A DNA stretch of 64,000 nucleotides from Pecten maximus (lineage: Eukaryota), in contig NC_047017.1 of NCBI RefSeq assembly GCF_902652985.1, forward strand, positions 17,174,001 through 17,238,000, given 5' to 3'. Of the stretch, positions 1 through 15,315 are shown one piece after another. A program made the position numbers and the translations under genes. The notes under the pieces were generated by a model. The model was not told the DNA's origin and searched no databases. It saw nothing but the letters and a program-made list of their open reading frames with translations. Positions within the stretch are counted from its first letter, which is position 1. Each line of letters opens with the position of its first letter.

Positions 1-3000
1 AAAATACCCATATCGTTCAGTTCCACATGTGAAAGAGTATTTTTCTATCATATTTGTCTTTTCTATCACAACTTTCCCATATTCTGCATTTAAACATTCC
101 GCTGTTTTGGAAATTCTCAACTGTTAATGCTTTCAAGAAAACCGTGACTGGATTCTTCATGCTGGTAACGGAAAATGTTACAATTTTTTGAAACTTTTTG
201 TATTTTTTTTTTTCTGAAAACCAGCTGGAATTTAGAGAATGATATTCAAGTTTTGATGGAAAGATGGCCATTATGTTGTCGCCATTATGTCACATCATTG
301 TTCTTCATTATATCATCATAATTAAATAACAAGGAGTTATTACATGGATAGCCATGCAATGCAGCCTCAGAAAACGTGACGGACCAGTATTACATCTGTA
401 TGTATGAGAGAAAAGGGTATGGAATACCCGAGAACACGTCTGATATTCAAAAAGAAAAATTATTTTTTGAAAGAAATAGTTCCCCATTCTACAACTTTGA
501 TATTTGTTTGGATATTTCATTCACTAATCACCAAAAAAGCTTCATTAATAAATAGTTTGGGACAGCTAATGATATTACCAATTGAAGACTCACATGAAAT
601 AGTTAAATTAGCTAATGGATCAATTATGTCCTAAGACTTTTTTCGCTGCTTCAACTTGACGATGATTCTAGTGAAATCTCACTGTGAAAAGGAGGCTTTA
701 CAATTACAGCGCCCAAGTTACTCATTAGAAAAAGTGTAACTCTGTCAACATTTTAGAAGTGAAACATACAGTCAATAAATGAAGCACACAACAGTGTTAT
801 ATTGTGAGGATGAGGGATACAGTAGGTTCATTGTACTGTAAACCACAGGGTTAGGTACACGATATGCAAGTCCACATTAACCGATTTATTTAAGCCAACT
901 TAAAAAGACAGAATTGAAAGGAAAAAGAAATCCTGTTTGTCAGTTTCTTTCAGAGTTTTCATTATTAAGAGTCATCAATGAGCTGTTTAAAGTGTGTGGA
1001 TGGGCCTCAATGGAAGCTTAGTTGGGAAGCGTCAGACAATGTAATTTTCCATTCCTACTTGTGCGGTTTGTGGTTTTATTTTTTTATCAGGAAGTTGAGA
1101 TCACAGGAAATTCTTTGCTGTTGTGGTTATGTCCTACAGCAAGACATTTACTGTAAATCTCAAATAAGCCTCTTCCCTAGTGTAAACGTTTAGTATTAGT
1201 TTGGGAACGGCATATTTCTGAACCCCTTTCATCTTCCTGTTTTAAAATTGATGATTCTGTAAAAATGAAGAGGGCTTATTTGGGGGCATTGGCTTATTTG
1301 TGGGAAGTGGCTTATTTTTTGGACAGGGGCTTATTTGTTGACAGTGACTTATTTCCAATACAGTAATTTACTTCATTATTTAAATTGCTCTTGATAGCAT
1401 GTGAAAGTCTCTTGCATGTTGTTCAGTGAGGTAGCCACCAGCTGCTACAAGAAGAGACTGAAATGATCCTGGTTGTTCATGGGGTAAAAACCCCAACAAA
1501 CAAGCAAACAAACCCAAATGAATGTCTTTCCTTCCACAGCGACAAACATCAGAAAACAGGGCGTAAATGATGCTGAAGTAATCAGGATTGCTAGGGTCGA
1601 ACTGTTCTAAAGTTCATCATTGACAGGTCTAATGTATCGGCTGTTGGTGAATTAGAATAGGCAGTTGATGGTCGTTTATAGACAAATTATCTTAATATGA
1701 TGATGAGTCAAATTTCTGTTCAGCATGAGGATGTGGGTTTAGATTAGCTGAGGCCTATATATAATTATAGGTTATTTAGAATCAAATGATGAACTGTGTG
1801 ACTTATAAAATTGCCCTGGTATATTCTAACCTTCCAGCTGCCTCCTTTGGTAAGGCTGCTGATGCATCATTTATCATGTAATTGATTTCAAATTGAGATA
1901 TTTTTTTTTTACAAGTTTTCCCCTTTGGCTATATAGGGTAAAGCAAATTAGTGTTAAACTTGTCATTTAGTGGTCTGGCTTCACTGGCCAATCAAATCAG
2001 AACAAAAACAAAGATAAAATGTAAGACACAAGTTGATTACATATATATGTTTATAAATAGAAATGTTTTAAAATTGCGTGATAAGTTGAGTCAAGTGCAT
2101 ATAATGTATAGAACAGTCAGTGCAATATACAAACAGTTCCAATTTATTATAACGACTTCTAGCTAAATGTGTGATGTTTAAAAAGGCCTCTCTTTGATCC
2201 CTATGTGATATAAACTAAATGAGATAGAAGAAAATATGAAGTTTCTATAATATTGAAACCTTCATAGAAAGGTCCATATTGGTAATCAAGTTTTACTTCA
2301 TATATAGTTGCACGAATTTGCTAAGGACCTTCTTTATGACTAATCTGTGTCAGGAATAATTGTTTTTGAGAATTTATTTGAAATCTACACATCTCAAAAG
2401 GAAATACGTAAAGTGTGGAGAGAGGTTTGTTGGCTATGTATTTTGTGTTAAGGCATCCTTGAAGACAGTGTGCTCTTTAACAATGGTCCGTCAGTGTGTC
2501 CGCACCCTCAATATTTCTTTATGGGCTCTTAACTTTCAGAAAGATTTGTCTAAAATGGCTTCTTTGAAAAGGTTAGGGAGTTGATAATGCAAGCTCTTCA
2601 ATAATAAAATATCTCTCTTTAGTAATATTATATTCCGTGTTTTTATCAGTTGATACTTTGGCATTTAGATATCATTCCAAACTAGTTAAACCAATTGGCT
2701 TTTTCTCTAAGAGTCTAGAGATGTTATATATTATGAGACCTAACAAGTGCTGTTGGTATCAGTTTGTCTGCGCTACCATGCTGGCATTGTGAGGTTAGCT
2801 TGGAGTCGGGCCACCTCCTTCACCCCGTGTTGCTTTGGTACTTGCTGTCAGACATGGTGAAAAATGTTGAAACCTTTCACCAGACGACATGTTCTTTTCT
2901 GTACATGCCGGGTGATAGTTGGTAATAACCTTTACACGTTTCTCTGTGGAATCTATATCTATGCCGCGCTAATATTCGGAAATGTCTTAAAATCAATTGA

Positions 3001-3959
3001 TACAAAATGTCACATTTTTATTTTGAATTTCTAGTTTTGTAAACTGCATCAAAACATATTATTGTCTTATTGTGGAATTTTATTCCATAGATTTAATAAT
3101 TGGTAATTTTTTTGGTCGCCCTTAACCTATCCATCCATGCATTGTCTGTCTGTTAACAATCCTCGTTTCTGATATTTCTCAGAAAGTATTTGATGGATAT
3201 TTCTCAGAAAGTGTTTGATGGATCTTTCACAGATTTCATATGTAGTTTGTCTATGGTCCTCAGTTTAACATATGCATATTGAATTTAAAAAAGGGTTTAG
3301 ACTAAACAGAAAACAAAATGGCTGACAGGTGGCAATATTGAATTTTGACAAATTGAAGTTAGTTATTTATCGAAAACAAAATGGCCAACAGGTGGTCATG
3401 GGTATTGAGAGTTGAAGTTTCCTATTACTATTTCTTCTTAAGAACAAACTTCTTGTGTAGTTCCCATTGGTCTATTTTAGCAGTGTATCATGTATCAAAA
3501 GTGGGTCACTCTGACCTACATTTTTACCTTTAAACTACTTCATAAAAGAGATTGTCCATTCTTGACATGTAATTGCACATGTACATTCATTCAGGCACTG
3601 TAATTCACAGAATTGTCTTGTATGTCCTTTCTGAAGTAAATACACTCACTTCAATGAAGTGTAAAAGTTGGAAATAGAATTTATTATGATTGTTATGTTA
3701 CAGATTACCGGATCTTACTTCATTTTTATCGAAAGTTTATGGTCATTCAGAAATAATTAGTTACGTAATAGAGGAAGTGACTTTGTGCAGTTCATCAGTA
3801 GGAATGATGTCTTCTTAAAATTTGCTTGGTTTGTTTTGTTTCTCATTTTCATGTTGTGTTCAACTATTAAAGATGTAGGGTTAAGAAGTCTCTTTTGTTA
3901 GAATTTGTAGGAATTGCAGTACATCTTAATCAATTAGCTATGATGGATAATTATAAGAG

Positions 3960-4190
3960 TAATCTGTCCATTGATTATTCCTGTAAAATTTAAGTCCATA
4001 ATCTGTCGATTGTTTATGCCTGTAAAATTTAAGCCCATATTCTGTTCATTGTTTATTCTTGTAAAATTTAAGCCCATAATCTGTCCAATGTTTATTCCTG
4101 TAAATATTAAGCCCATAATCTGTCCGTTGTTTATGCCTGTAAAATTTAAGCCCATAATCTGTCCATTGTTTCGTCCTGTAAATTCTAAGC
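3960..4190. repeat. Minisatellite, 39-bp unit, ~6 copies
   Basis: tttaagcccataatctgtccattgtttattcctgtaaaa repeated. Confidence 0.9.
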
Positions 4191-5908
4191 TCATCGTAGC
4201 TTTAGTCCGTTGAAATAAAGCTGTGAATATTCATTCTCATTATTAGTAATTGTGTGTGTATGTAAGTGCGACAAATAAAAAATTGTTCCTTTTCACCCAT
4301 ATCTATATGTTGTTGTGATGAAGTTACTTGAATTTTATATCCCTGTTGTGTGTGCCATAATTTAAATGTACTAAAACCATGAGAACTTGGGTATAGTTTC
4401 TACCCAATAACGGCTGGCGAATCACGATATCAGTCTATGCATCCTTACCACTCCTGCTTGAAGATGGCCAACATTCACGCAAGAAAATATTGGAAATTTA
4501 TCATTTCATACAAGAAGAGTTTTTTCCTCTAGTTAAGCATATAGCTATATAGACAATTCAAATTTAATTTTGTATTTGTTCAATTTCATCAGCATTGATC
4601 AACCTTTAAATGACAAGAACAATTCATTAGCACTCAGCCACAAATAATCGCCATGTTGTTGCATTGTAGCCTGTTTGTGTCATGTATTTGAAATAGTTTT
4701 ATTGCAAGTGATGAAATGGATAATTTGTTATTATTTTTATTTATTTTTTTGTAAATATTTGTTGAGGTAATGATCTTCTGTCGCTGGTTAGTAACACTCT
4801 CAGAGGTCTAATGTGCTTCATATAGCAGCAGTCATGACGTATACCAGCAAAAACATCTTAACAGTGTTTCAATAGGGACTACAACTGTTATATGACAAAA
4901 TTATCTTCTATTTAATTGATTTATTCTACTTCCTGACACCAAGCAAAAGTATCCTGACAATGTTTCAACAGGATCTGTTTTGTAACAATATTATTTTGCA
5001 TTTAATTTATTTCTATTGTTTCCCATGCCAACACCATGTGATCATTCCATACCCTGGATTCCGTTGTAAATGAACCATTGATACAACAAGACAATTGCCG
5101 GTATCCATCTGATTGTGTCTGTATTCAGCTGTATATAGCTATCACAGAAGAATGTACAGGTCTGCAGAGATCTAGTGTTGCAGGAAATCTGATGGCATTA
5201 TGAATCAACAATTCTCTACGGAATTTGGCAAGGAGTAAAACCACAAAGTGCAAATGTCACCAAGCGTTGTCTGTGTGCTGGTGGTGACAATAACCGGTAT
5301 GTTGACTCTATCTGCCGTTTTGATACTAGTTTTTTCTGCCACATTGATGATAAATTGGGGAAATTTTATTAGGGAATACAACCACATCGTAGAAGTCCTA
5401 ATCTGATGTGTTTTTTGCTGCTTTATGAATGTGAATGTTGTGGTTTGATTTACCTTAGCAGCACAACTTTATATCTTTCAGCTTTATTTCCATAGGTTTT
5501 TAATCACTGGTTGACATCAAATTAAGTCGTTCTGACTTCTGTGATGCATCTTGGGTTTTGCGATGATCGTGTGGTGATACATGAGTTCCTTCCGGTTGCG
5601 CAATGTACTGAATATTATTGACACGTAATTAAGGTTCTAAAACACATTGTCTTAACATAGTTTTGACAAATATTTACAGGTTTGATAAGTCAATTGAGGT
5701 GATGCTGATGGGGGATAGTACTAGCTTGTGTCATCCATACCTCCAAAGTTTTAAAAGCACAGTTAAGTTTGTATATACATTATGTTTAAAGAGATGCTTA
5801 GATGGTGTTCATAGAAATGAAGATACAACTTACCTTGAGTATTCATCCAGCAGTAGGACCATGTAATGCCAGCAAATGTTATTTCATTTCCTGAATAGCG
5901 ACATCCTA

Positions 5909-6184
5909 TATTAGTCCCCTAACGGTGAAACTAGGGGGTTATAGGTTTATTTTCTGTCCGTCTTTGTACGTATACACGTAATACTAAAGTTTGTCAGTAC
6001 TCTAACAGCTTCATTACTTTAAGGATTTAGATCAAACTTCACACTATGATAAAGGATCATAATATCTTGAACAAGTTTGAGTGTCAGACTTTTTAGGTCA
6101 TGTTCAAGGTCACTGTTACTATTTTTAGCAGAGGCGAGTAGGGGACAATTAAGTATTGCTTTAGCAATACCCAATACACTTGTT
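5909..6184 (+). mobile_element. Short Helentron-type non-autonomous element (HINE/DINE-like)
   Basis: 5' ttagtcccct..., subterminal aggggac, 3' hairpin gtattgctttagcaatac, ends cttgtt; same family as 23484-24333 and 31224-31393. Confidence 0.65.
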
Positions 6185-6276
6185 TGAAGTCAAGAGATTT
6201 TATTACCAAATGAATACAATAAATTAAAATTGCTGTCATTTGATTATTATCTACCTGTCTCCACCTCAGATACTAA

Positions 6277-7716
6277 TACTGCTGCCATTTACCTGTCTGA
6301 GGGACTTCCTCAGATACTGCTGCCATTTACCTGTCTGAGGGACTTCCTCAGATACTACTGCCATTTACCTGTCTGTGGGACTTCCCAGATACTACTGCCA
6401 TTTACCTGTCTGTGGGACTTCCTCAAATACTATTACCATTTACCTGTCTGAGGGACTTCCTCAGATACTACTGCCATTAACCTGTCTGAGGGACTTCCTC
6501 AGATACTACTGCCATTTACCTGTCTGAGGGACTTCCTCAGATACTACTGCCATTTACCTGTCTGAGGGACTTCCCAGATACTACTGCCATTTACCTGTCT
6601 GTGGGACTTCCTCAAATACTATTACCATTTACCTGTCTGAGGGACTTCCCCAGATACTACTGCCATTTACCTGTCTGTGGGACTTCCTCAAATACTATTA
6701 CCATTTACCTGTCTGAGGGACTTCCTCAGATACTACTGCCATTTACCTGTCTGTGGGACTTCCACAGATACTATTACCATTTACCTGTCTGTGGGACTTC
6801 CTCAGATACTACTGCCATTTACCTGTCTGAGGGACTTCCTCAGATACTACTGCCATTTACCTGTCTGTGGGACTTTCTCAGATACTACTGCCATTTACCT
6901 GTCTATGGGACTTCCTCAAATACTATTACCATTTACCTGTCTGAGGGACTTCCTCAGATACTACTGCCATTTACCTGTCTGTGGGACTTTCTCAGATACT
7001 ACTGCCATTTACCTGTCTATGGGACTTCCTCAGATACTACTGCCATTTACCTGTCTGGGACTTCCTCAGATACTACCGCCATTTACCTGTCTGTGGGACT
7101 TCCTCAGATACTACTGCCATTTACCTGTCTGGGACTTCCTCAGATACTACCGCCATTTACCTGTCTGTGGGACTTCCTCAGATACTACTGCCATTTACCT
7201 GTCTGGGACTTCCTCAGATACTACCGCCATTTACCTGTCTGTGGGACTTCCTCAGATACTACTGCCATTTACCTGTCTGGGACTTCCTCAGATACTACCG
7301 CCATTTACCTGTCTGTGGGACTTCCTCAGATACTACTGCCATTTACCTGTCTGGGACTTCCTCAGATACTACCGCCATTTACCTGTCTGTGGGACTTCCT
7401 CAGATACTACTGCCATTTACCTGTCTGTGGGACTTCCCAGATACTACTGCCATTTACCTGTCTGTGGGACTTCCACAGATACTATTACCATTTACCTGTC
7501 TGTGGGACTTCCTCAGATACTACTGCCATTTACCTGTCTGAGGGACTTCCTCAGATACTACTGCCATTTACCTGTCTGAGGGACTTCCTCAGATACTACC
7601 GCCATTTACCTGTCTGTGGGACTTCCTCAGATACTACTGCCATTTACCTGTCTGTGGGACTTCCTCAGATACTACTGCCATTTACCTGTCTGTGGGACTT
7701 CCTCAGATACTACTAC
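6277..7716. repeat. Minisatellite, 38-bp unit (36-37-bp variants), ~38 copies, degenerate flanks 6250-7816
   Basis: ccatttacctgtctg(t/a)gggacttcctcagatactactg. Confidence 0.97.
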
Positions 7717-8720
7717 CATCCACCTGTATCTACCTTTGATACTACTGTTATCTACCTGTCTCCACCTCAGAAACTCCTGTCATTTATACCTATCTGAGGA
7801 ACTTCCTCAGATACTATTTGCCAGTCTGGTTGCTATTGAAGACATGTCATGATCAGTGTGCAGGTTTTATGTTATAGCTGTGATTTTGTACATAAATCAC
7901 TAATGGTAACATGGATGGTTTAGATATGAAAGATGGGTATAGCTCTGGTGTAGGATAAATACTGATTTAGATGACTGGCAGGCTTTCTGAAGATTATGTT
8001 CTGTTGTGCTCTGATTCCAATGGAATTATTGATCATATGTTATTTGATGTCTCGAATTTTCACCTACAGCTGCAAGAGTCTTGGAGTATACGATATTAGG
8101 ATTGTGTTATCATACAATTAATTGGGAGACTATCTTTAAGCCTAGGAGCTATGTCCTTGGATGACCTTGAACAGCTTAGAAGGTATCTTGTATGGTATAA
8201 CCCTTTTAAGATATAGGCACTTGCTGACTCCATCTCCAGAGAAATGAAAATCTGAGAGTTATTCTCATAAAATTGTGTCTCTGTAATGATCAGACTTAAG
8301 CTTAGCTGCATGTTATGTGATCATGTACAATTTGTTAATTTCTGCCAGAATCCAAGAATCCATTAGACAAGGGAATCCATTATAAAGGAATTATTTATTA
8401 AAGCATTCTCATGTGTGATCTGCTGTGACTAGGATTTTGGCCAATAAAATCTTACATTAGGATCGATTTCTGCCTGGAATTTGGTGACATCAGAAGTCTT
8501 GGTGTTAGGTGAAGATTTGATGCACTTTTTTTGGTTGGATATAAAGTTGTCAACATGTGAAATCAATATATATGACAGTGCATTCTCCTGAGGGGTTATA
8601 AATAGATATCTACTGCTGTAACATATTTTTCCAGCTGTTCTTTATAAATAATAGAATACTGCAGTGAAATGTTTTTCCATCTGTTCTTTTTAAATAACAA
8701 TATATACTGATGAAAAAATT

Positions 8721-11700
8721 ACAGTTTGTACTGCTGGGAGATGTTGCTCCAACTGTTCTTTATAAATAACAGTTTGTACTGCTGGGAGATGTTTCTCTAG
8801 TTCTTCTTTATAAATAACAGTTTGTACTGCAGGGAGATGTTTCTCCAGCTGTTCTTTATAAAAAAAACCAGTTTGTACTGCTGGGAGATGTTTCTGTAGC
8901 TGTTCTTTATAGATAACAGTTTGTACTGCTGGGAGATGTTTCTCTGGCGTTCTTTATAAATAACAGTTTGTACTGCTGGGAGATGTTTCTGTAGCTGTTC
9001 TTTATAGATAACAGTTTGTACTGCTGGGAGATGTTTCTCTGGCGTTCTTTATAAATAACAGTTTGTACTGCTGGGAGATGTTTCTGTAGCTGTTCTTTAT
9101 AAATAACAGTTTGTACTGCTGGGAGATGTTTCTCTAGTTGTTCTTTATAAATAACAGTTTGTACTGCTGGGAGATGTTTCTCTGGCGTTCTTTATAAATA
9201 ACAGTTTGTACTGCTGGGAGATGTTTCTCTGGCGTTCTTTATAAATAACAGTTTGTACTGCTGGGAGATGTTTCTCTGGCGTTCTTTATAAATAACAGTT
9301 TGTACTGCTGGGAGATGTTGCTCCAACTGTTCTTTATGAATAATAGTTTGTACTGCAGGGAGATGTTTCTCCAGCTGTTCTTTATAAAAAAAACAGTTTG
9401 TACTGCTGGGAGATGTTTCTCTAGTTGTTCTCTATAAATAACAGTTTGTACTGCTGGGAGATGTTTCTCTGGCGTTCTTTATAAATAACAGTTTGTACTG
9501 CTGGGAGATGTTTCTCTAGTTGTTCTCTATAAATAACAGTTTGTACTGCTGGGAGATGTTTCTCTAGCTGTTCTTTATAAATAACAGTTTGTACTGCTGG
9601 GAGATGTTTCTCTAGTTGTTCTTTATAAATAACAGTTTGTACTCCTGGGAGATGTTTCTCTAGTTGTTCTCTATAAATAACAGTTTGTACTCCTGGGAGA
9701 TGTTTCTCTAGCTGTTCTTTATAAATAACAGTTTGTACTGCTGGGAGATGTTTCTGTAGCTGTTCTTTATAAATAACAGTTTGTACTGCTGGGAGATGTT
9801 TCTCTAGCTGTTCTTTATAAATAACAGTTTGTACTGCTAGGAGATGTTTCTCTGGCGTTCTTTATAAATAACAGTTTGTTCTGCTGGGAGATGTTTCTTT
9901 AGCTGTTCTTTATAAATAACAGTTTGTACTGCTGGGAGATGTTTCTCTAGCTGTTCTTTATAGATAACAGTTTGTACTGCTGGGAGATGTTTCTCTGGCG
10001 TTCTTTATAAATAACAGTTTGTACTGCTAGGAGATGTTTCTCTGGCTGTTCTTTATAAATAACAGTTTGTACTGCTGGGAGATGTTTCTCTAGCTGTTCT
10101 TTATAAATAACAGTTTGTACTGCTGGGAGATGTTTCTGCAGCTGTTCTTTATAAATAACAGTTTGTACTGCTGGGAGATGTTTCTCCAGCTGTTCTTTAT
10201 AAATAACAGTTTGTACTGCTGGGAGATGTTTCTCCAGCTGTTCTTTATAAATAACAGTTTGTACAGCTGGGAGATGTTTCTGTAGCTGTTCTTTACAAAT
10301 AAGAGTTTGTACTGCTGGAGATGTTTCTCTAGCGTTCTTTATAAATAACAGTTTGTACTGCTGGGAGATGTTTCTCTGGCGTTCTTTATAAATAACAGTT
10401 TGTACTGCTGGGAGATGTTTCTCTGGCGTTCTTTATAAATAACAGTTTGTACTGCTGGGAGATGTTTCTCTGGCGTTCTTTATAAATAACAGTTTGTACT
10501 CCTGGGAGATGTTTCTCTGGCGTTCTTTATAAATAACAGTTTGTACTGCTGGGAGATGTTTCTCTGGCTGTTCTTTATAAATAACAGTTTGTACTGCTGG
10601 GAGATGTTTCTCTGGCGTTCTTTATAAATAACAGTTTGTACTGCTGGGAGATGTTTCTCTGGCGTTCTTTATAAATAACAGTTTGTACTACTGGGAGATG
10701 TTTCTCTGGCGTTCTTTATAAATAACAGTTTGTACTGCTGGGAGATGTTTCTCTAGCTGTTCTTTATAAATAACAGTTTGTACTGCTGGGAGATGTTTCT
10801 CTAGTTTTTCTCTATAAATAACAGTTTGTACAGCTGGGAGATGTTTCTTTAGCTGTTCTTTATAAATAACAGTTTGTACTGCTGGGAGATGTTTCTCTAG
10901 CTGTTCTTTATAAATAACAGTTTGTACTGCTGGGAGATGTTTCTCTAGTTGTTCTCTATAAATAACAGTTTGTACTGCTGGGAGATGTTTCTGTAGCTGT
11001 TCTTTATAAATAACAGTTTGTACTGCTGGGAGATGTTTCTCTAGTTGTTCTCTATAAATAACAGTTTGTACTGCTGGGAGATGTTTCTGTAGCTGTTCTT
11101 TATAAATAACAGTTTGTACTGCTGGGAGATGTTTCTCCAACTGTTCTTTATAAATAACAGTTTGTACTGCTGGGAGATGTTTCTCCAACTGTTCTTTATA
11201 AATAACAGTTTGTACTGCTGGGAGATGTTTCTCTAGTTGTTCTCTATAAATAACAGTTTGTACTGCTGGGAGATGTTTCTGTAGCTGTTCTTTATAAATA
11301 ACAGTTTGTACTGCTGGGAGATGTTTCTCTAGCTGTTCTTTATAAATAACAGTTTGTACTGCTGGGAGATGTTTCTGTAGCTGTTCTTTATAAATAACAG
11401 TTTGTACTGCTGGGAGATGTTTCTGTAGCTGTTCTTTATAAATAACAGTTTGTACTGCTGGGAGGTGTTTCTCTAGTTGTTCTTTATAAATAACAGTTTG
11501 TACTGCTGGGAGATGTTTCTCTAGTTGTTCTCTATAAATAACAGTTTGTACTGCTGGGAGATGTTTCTCCAGCTGTTCTTTATAAATAACAGTTTGTACT
11601 GCTGGGAGATGTTTCTCTAGCTGTTCTTTATAAATAACAGTTTGTACTGCTGGGAGATGTTTCTCTGGCGTTCTTTATAAATAACAGTTTGTACTGCTGG

Positions 11701-13283
11701 GAGATGTTTCTCTGGCTGTTCTTTATAAATAACAGTTTGTACTCCTGGGAGATGTTTCTGTAGCTGTTCTCTATAAATAACAGTTTGTACTGCTGGGAGA
11801 TGTTTCTCTAGCTGTTCTGTATAAATAACAGTTTGTACTGCTGGGAGATGTTTCTCTAGCTGTTCTTTATAAATAACAGTTTGTACAGCTGGGAGATGTT
11901 TCTCTAGTTCTCTATAAATAACAGTTTGTACTCCTGGGAGATGTTTCTGTAGCTGTTCTTTATAAATAACAGTTTGTACTGCTGGGAGGTGTTTCTCTAG
12001 CTGTTCTCTATAAATAACAGTTTGTACTGCTGGGAGATGTTTCTCTAGCTGTTCTTTATAAATAACAGTTTGTACTGCTGGGAGATGTTTCTCTAGTTGT
12101 TCTCTATAAATAACAGTTTGTACTGCTGGGAGATGTTTCTCTAGCTGTTCTTTATAAATAACAGTTTGTACTGCTGGGAGATGTTTCTCTAGCTGTTCTT
12201 TATAAATAACAGTTTGTACTGCTGGGAGATGTTTCTCTAGCTGTTCTCTATAAATAACAGTTTGTACTGCTGGGAGATGTTTCTCTAGCTGTTCTTTATA
12301 AATAACAGTTTGTACTGCTGGGAGATGTTTCTCTAGTTGTTCTCTATAAATAACAGTTTGTACTGCTGGGAGATGTTTCTCTAGTTGTTCTCTATAAATA
12401 ACAGTTTGTACTGCTGGGAGATGTTTCTCTAGTTGTTCTCTATAAATAACAGTTTGTACTGCTGGGAGATGTTTCTCTAGCTGTTCTTTATAAATAACAG
12501 TTTGTACTGCTGGGAGATGTTTCTCTGGCGTTCTTAATAAATAACAGTTTGTACTGCTGGGAGATGTTTCTCTGGCGTTCTTTATAAATAACAGTTTGTA
12601 CTGCTAGGAGATGTTTCTCTGGCGTTTTTTTATAAATAACAGTTTGTACTGCTGGGAGATGTTTCTGTAGCTGTTCTTTATAAATAACAGTTTGTACTGC
12701 TGGGAGATGTTTCTCTGGCTGTTCTCTATAAATAACAGTTTGTACTGCTGGGAGATGTTTCTCTGGCGTTCTTTATAAATAACAGTTTGTACTGCTGGGA
12801 GATGTTTCTCTGGCGTTCTTTATAAATAACAGTTTGTACTGCAGGGAGATGTTTCTCTAGCTGTTCTTTATAAATAACAGTTTGTACTGCTGGGAGATGT
12901 TTCTCTGGCGTTCTTTATAAATAACAGTTTGTACTGCTGGGAGATGTTTCTCTGGCGTTCTTTATAAATAACAGTTTGTACTGCAGGGAGATGTTTCTCT
13001 AGCTGTTCTTTATAAATAACAGTTTGTACTGCTAGGAGATGTTTCTCTAGCTGTTCTTTATAAATAACAGTTTGTACTGCTGGGAGATGTTTCTCTAGCT
13101 GTTCTTTATAAATAACAGTTTGTACTGCTGGGAGATGTTTCTCTGGCTGTTCTTTATAGATAACAGTTTGTACTGCTGGGAGATGTTTCTTCAGCTGTTC
13201 TTTATAAATAACAGTTTGTACTGCTGGGAGATGTTTCTCTAGCTGTTCTTTATAAATAACAGTTTGTTCTGCTGGGAGATGTT
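8721..13283. repeat. Minisatellite, 48-bp unit (47-bp variant), ~95 copies
   Basis: aaataacagtttgtactgctgggagatgtttctctagctgttctttat; degenerate copies from ~8610. Confidence 0.98.
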
Positions 13284-15315
13284 GTTTCACAGTGTCATGA
13301 ACTGATATAATGAAATGTTTCATAAAATCATTGCATCCTGATCAAACACCTTTGTAGTAGATCAAAAGATATTTTAAATTAAATGATGTTATATATGCTC
13401 TAAATATAAGATAATACCTTAAATAATTGATGAGAATTTCTAAAAACTTCTAAAACAATTTATAGATGAGAGCATGTGTTTTTGCTCTAATGGTAAATTG
13501 TGGCTCGGATCCATTGGAATACCCTATTCTTGGCCAATACCAAACTCATTAAAATACCGACAGGCCCAGGGCAGACAAAGCTGGTATTTGATTTGTGGAT
13601 GCGAAAGGTCATTTAGGTTATACACAGCGATACAGTATACCCAGGGGGCAGATGTAGTATTGACTGTAGGTCAAGTCAACATCAATAAAAATACACACAT
13701 AGATACAGATACTTAGTAGTCATTAAATTAACCCTATCTTTGACATTGATACTTTACCTGATGGAACACATGTCGGAACCCCCAATCACAGGAATCATTC
13801 TTACACAGACACCATGTGACCTTGACCTTGGACGACTAGCACATGTACACGTTACTGTCTGTCAGTTGTGAGTGTCGTTTAACTTTGCTTTAACACTTTT
13901 CTACGGAAAGGAAAGCCAGCACGAAACTTGTTACATGTTTCTTTCATTGTTGTTTGTCAGTGCGTGCATTGATATACATGTACTGATTGGCTAAATTGTG
14001 AAATGATAGATCTTGCTTCATTTTTGAAATGACAATACCGACGGTATATGGCATATAACATGTAACATTGCAAAGACATGAATCTACATGCCCAGGCACT
14101 TCATGAATGTCATCACTAGTCTGGAAATATTTTAAGTTGAGAATGAAATTAGAAAGAATAAAATAAAATAAAAATTGAGCAAAAACAAAAATCACCAATG
14201 AAAAAGGAACAGTTAAATACGAACATAGACAATGAATATTGGCTGTACCTCAAAATCTACAAATTCAGATGAGTTAAGTGTCTGTGACACTTGGCCAGAG
14301 CATATATCTCAAATTACTGTCAAATGTGTACGTAGTTTATGTACCTCTTTGGGTGACAGAAAGTAAGATACTTAAGTCAGGTTTTTCGGTCATCATTGAT
14401 TATTTTTTCTGCAAAGCGTATATGTTTGATGTATCCTTCTGTCCATCTGTCTGTCTTTCTGTCTGTGATCCATCTGAACGTAGATATTGGCCAGGAGAAA
14501 TGCTGCTTTCACTCTAAAGAGGTTTTTATGGGACACTTGATTATTACAAGGTATAGTTACACAGTACACATTTATCATTATTCTCTTTTTTTCTTTAGAG
14601 TTAAGTCCCTTTTATGATATCCTGTCTGTGGACAGAATATGGTCCTTCCATCATTTTCTTTTATACATGTTCTTTGGGGTAATATTTCTTACTCTTTGCA
14701 CATGATATATACAAACCTAGTTATAAATAAATTTTGTTTTATATTTTGATGATTTTGTTTAGAGTTATGTCCCTTGTTTTTGATATCCTGTCTTTGGTTG
14801 AAATTTGCCCAATACATTACTATTCATTGTCATAACCAAATTCATTAAAGCTCAGAACATATGTCATAGTCATAAGTTTAGATAGAATCTATGAATTATA
14901 CACATTATATTTAATTATTTCCAACTTCATTTTTTTCACAAAAATATTCAGACTAAAGTTTTAAGGATCAAACATTAAATGGGAGCTGGTGTATGTAATC
15001 AAGGTTTCTGATTACAGTGTGGATGTTTGGGTTTAGATTGGGCTGCTTACACTTCTAGTTATTCTCTGTTTATGTTTGCAGTTGCTGAGTATTATAAATA
15101 TAAAGGAGAACCTCCCACTACCCTGTATAAAGTAGTGATAATCACTTAATATTTTTGTGGATCATGATTGATGTCGGCGGATACTGGCATCAGCATGCAA
15201 CAGTATATAATATTGTAAATTATCCTAAATATGGCACGTAAATTCACATGAACATAGCTTAGGAAATAAGAAAAACTAGAAAATCTTTGTAGAACATGGC
15301 TTAGGAAATAAGAAA

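Noticed and set aside
1524-1570. Strong acceptor tttccttccacag, a possible upstream non-coding exon
   Set aside because: No convincing donor or coding signal; cannot be supported without transcripts.
3110-3480. Degraded HINE-like sequence (a similar 3' end is at 41417-41450)
   Set aside because: Too decayed to delimit.
6230-7852. Long overlapping ORFs (up to 398 aa)
   Set aside because: Translations of the 38-bp repeat in all frames; no gene context.
10688-13323. Minus-strand ORFs of EKHLPAVQTVIYKEQL repeats
   Set aside because: The 48-bp unit is divisible by 3 and 47-bp variants break the frame; this is a repeat artefact.
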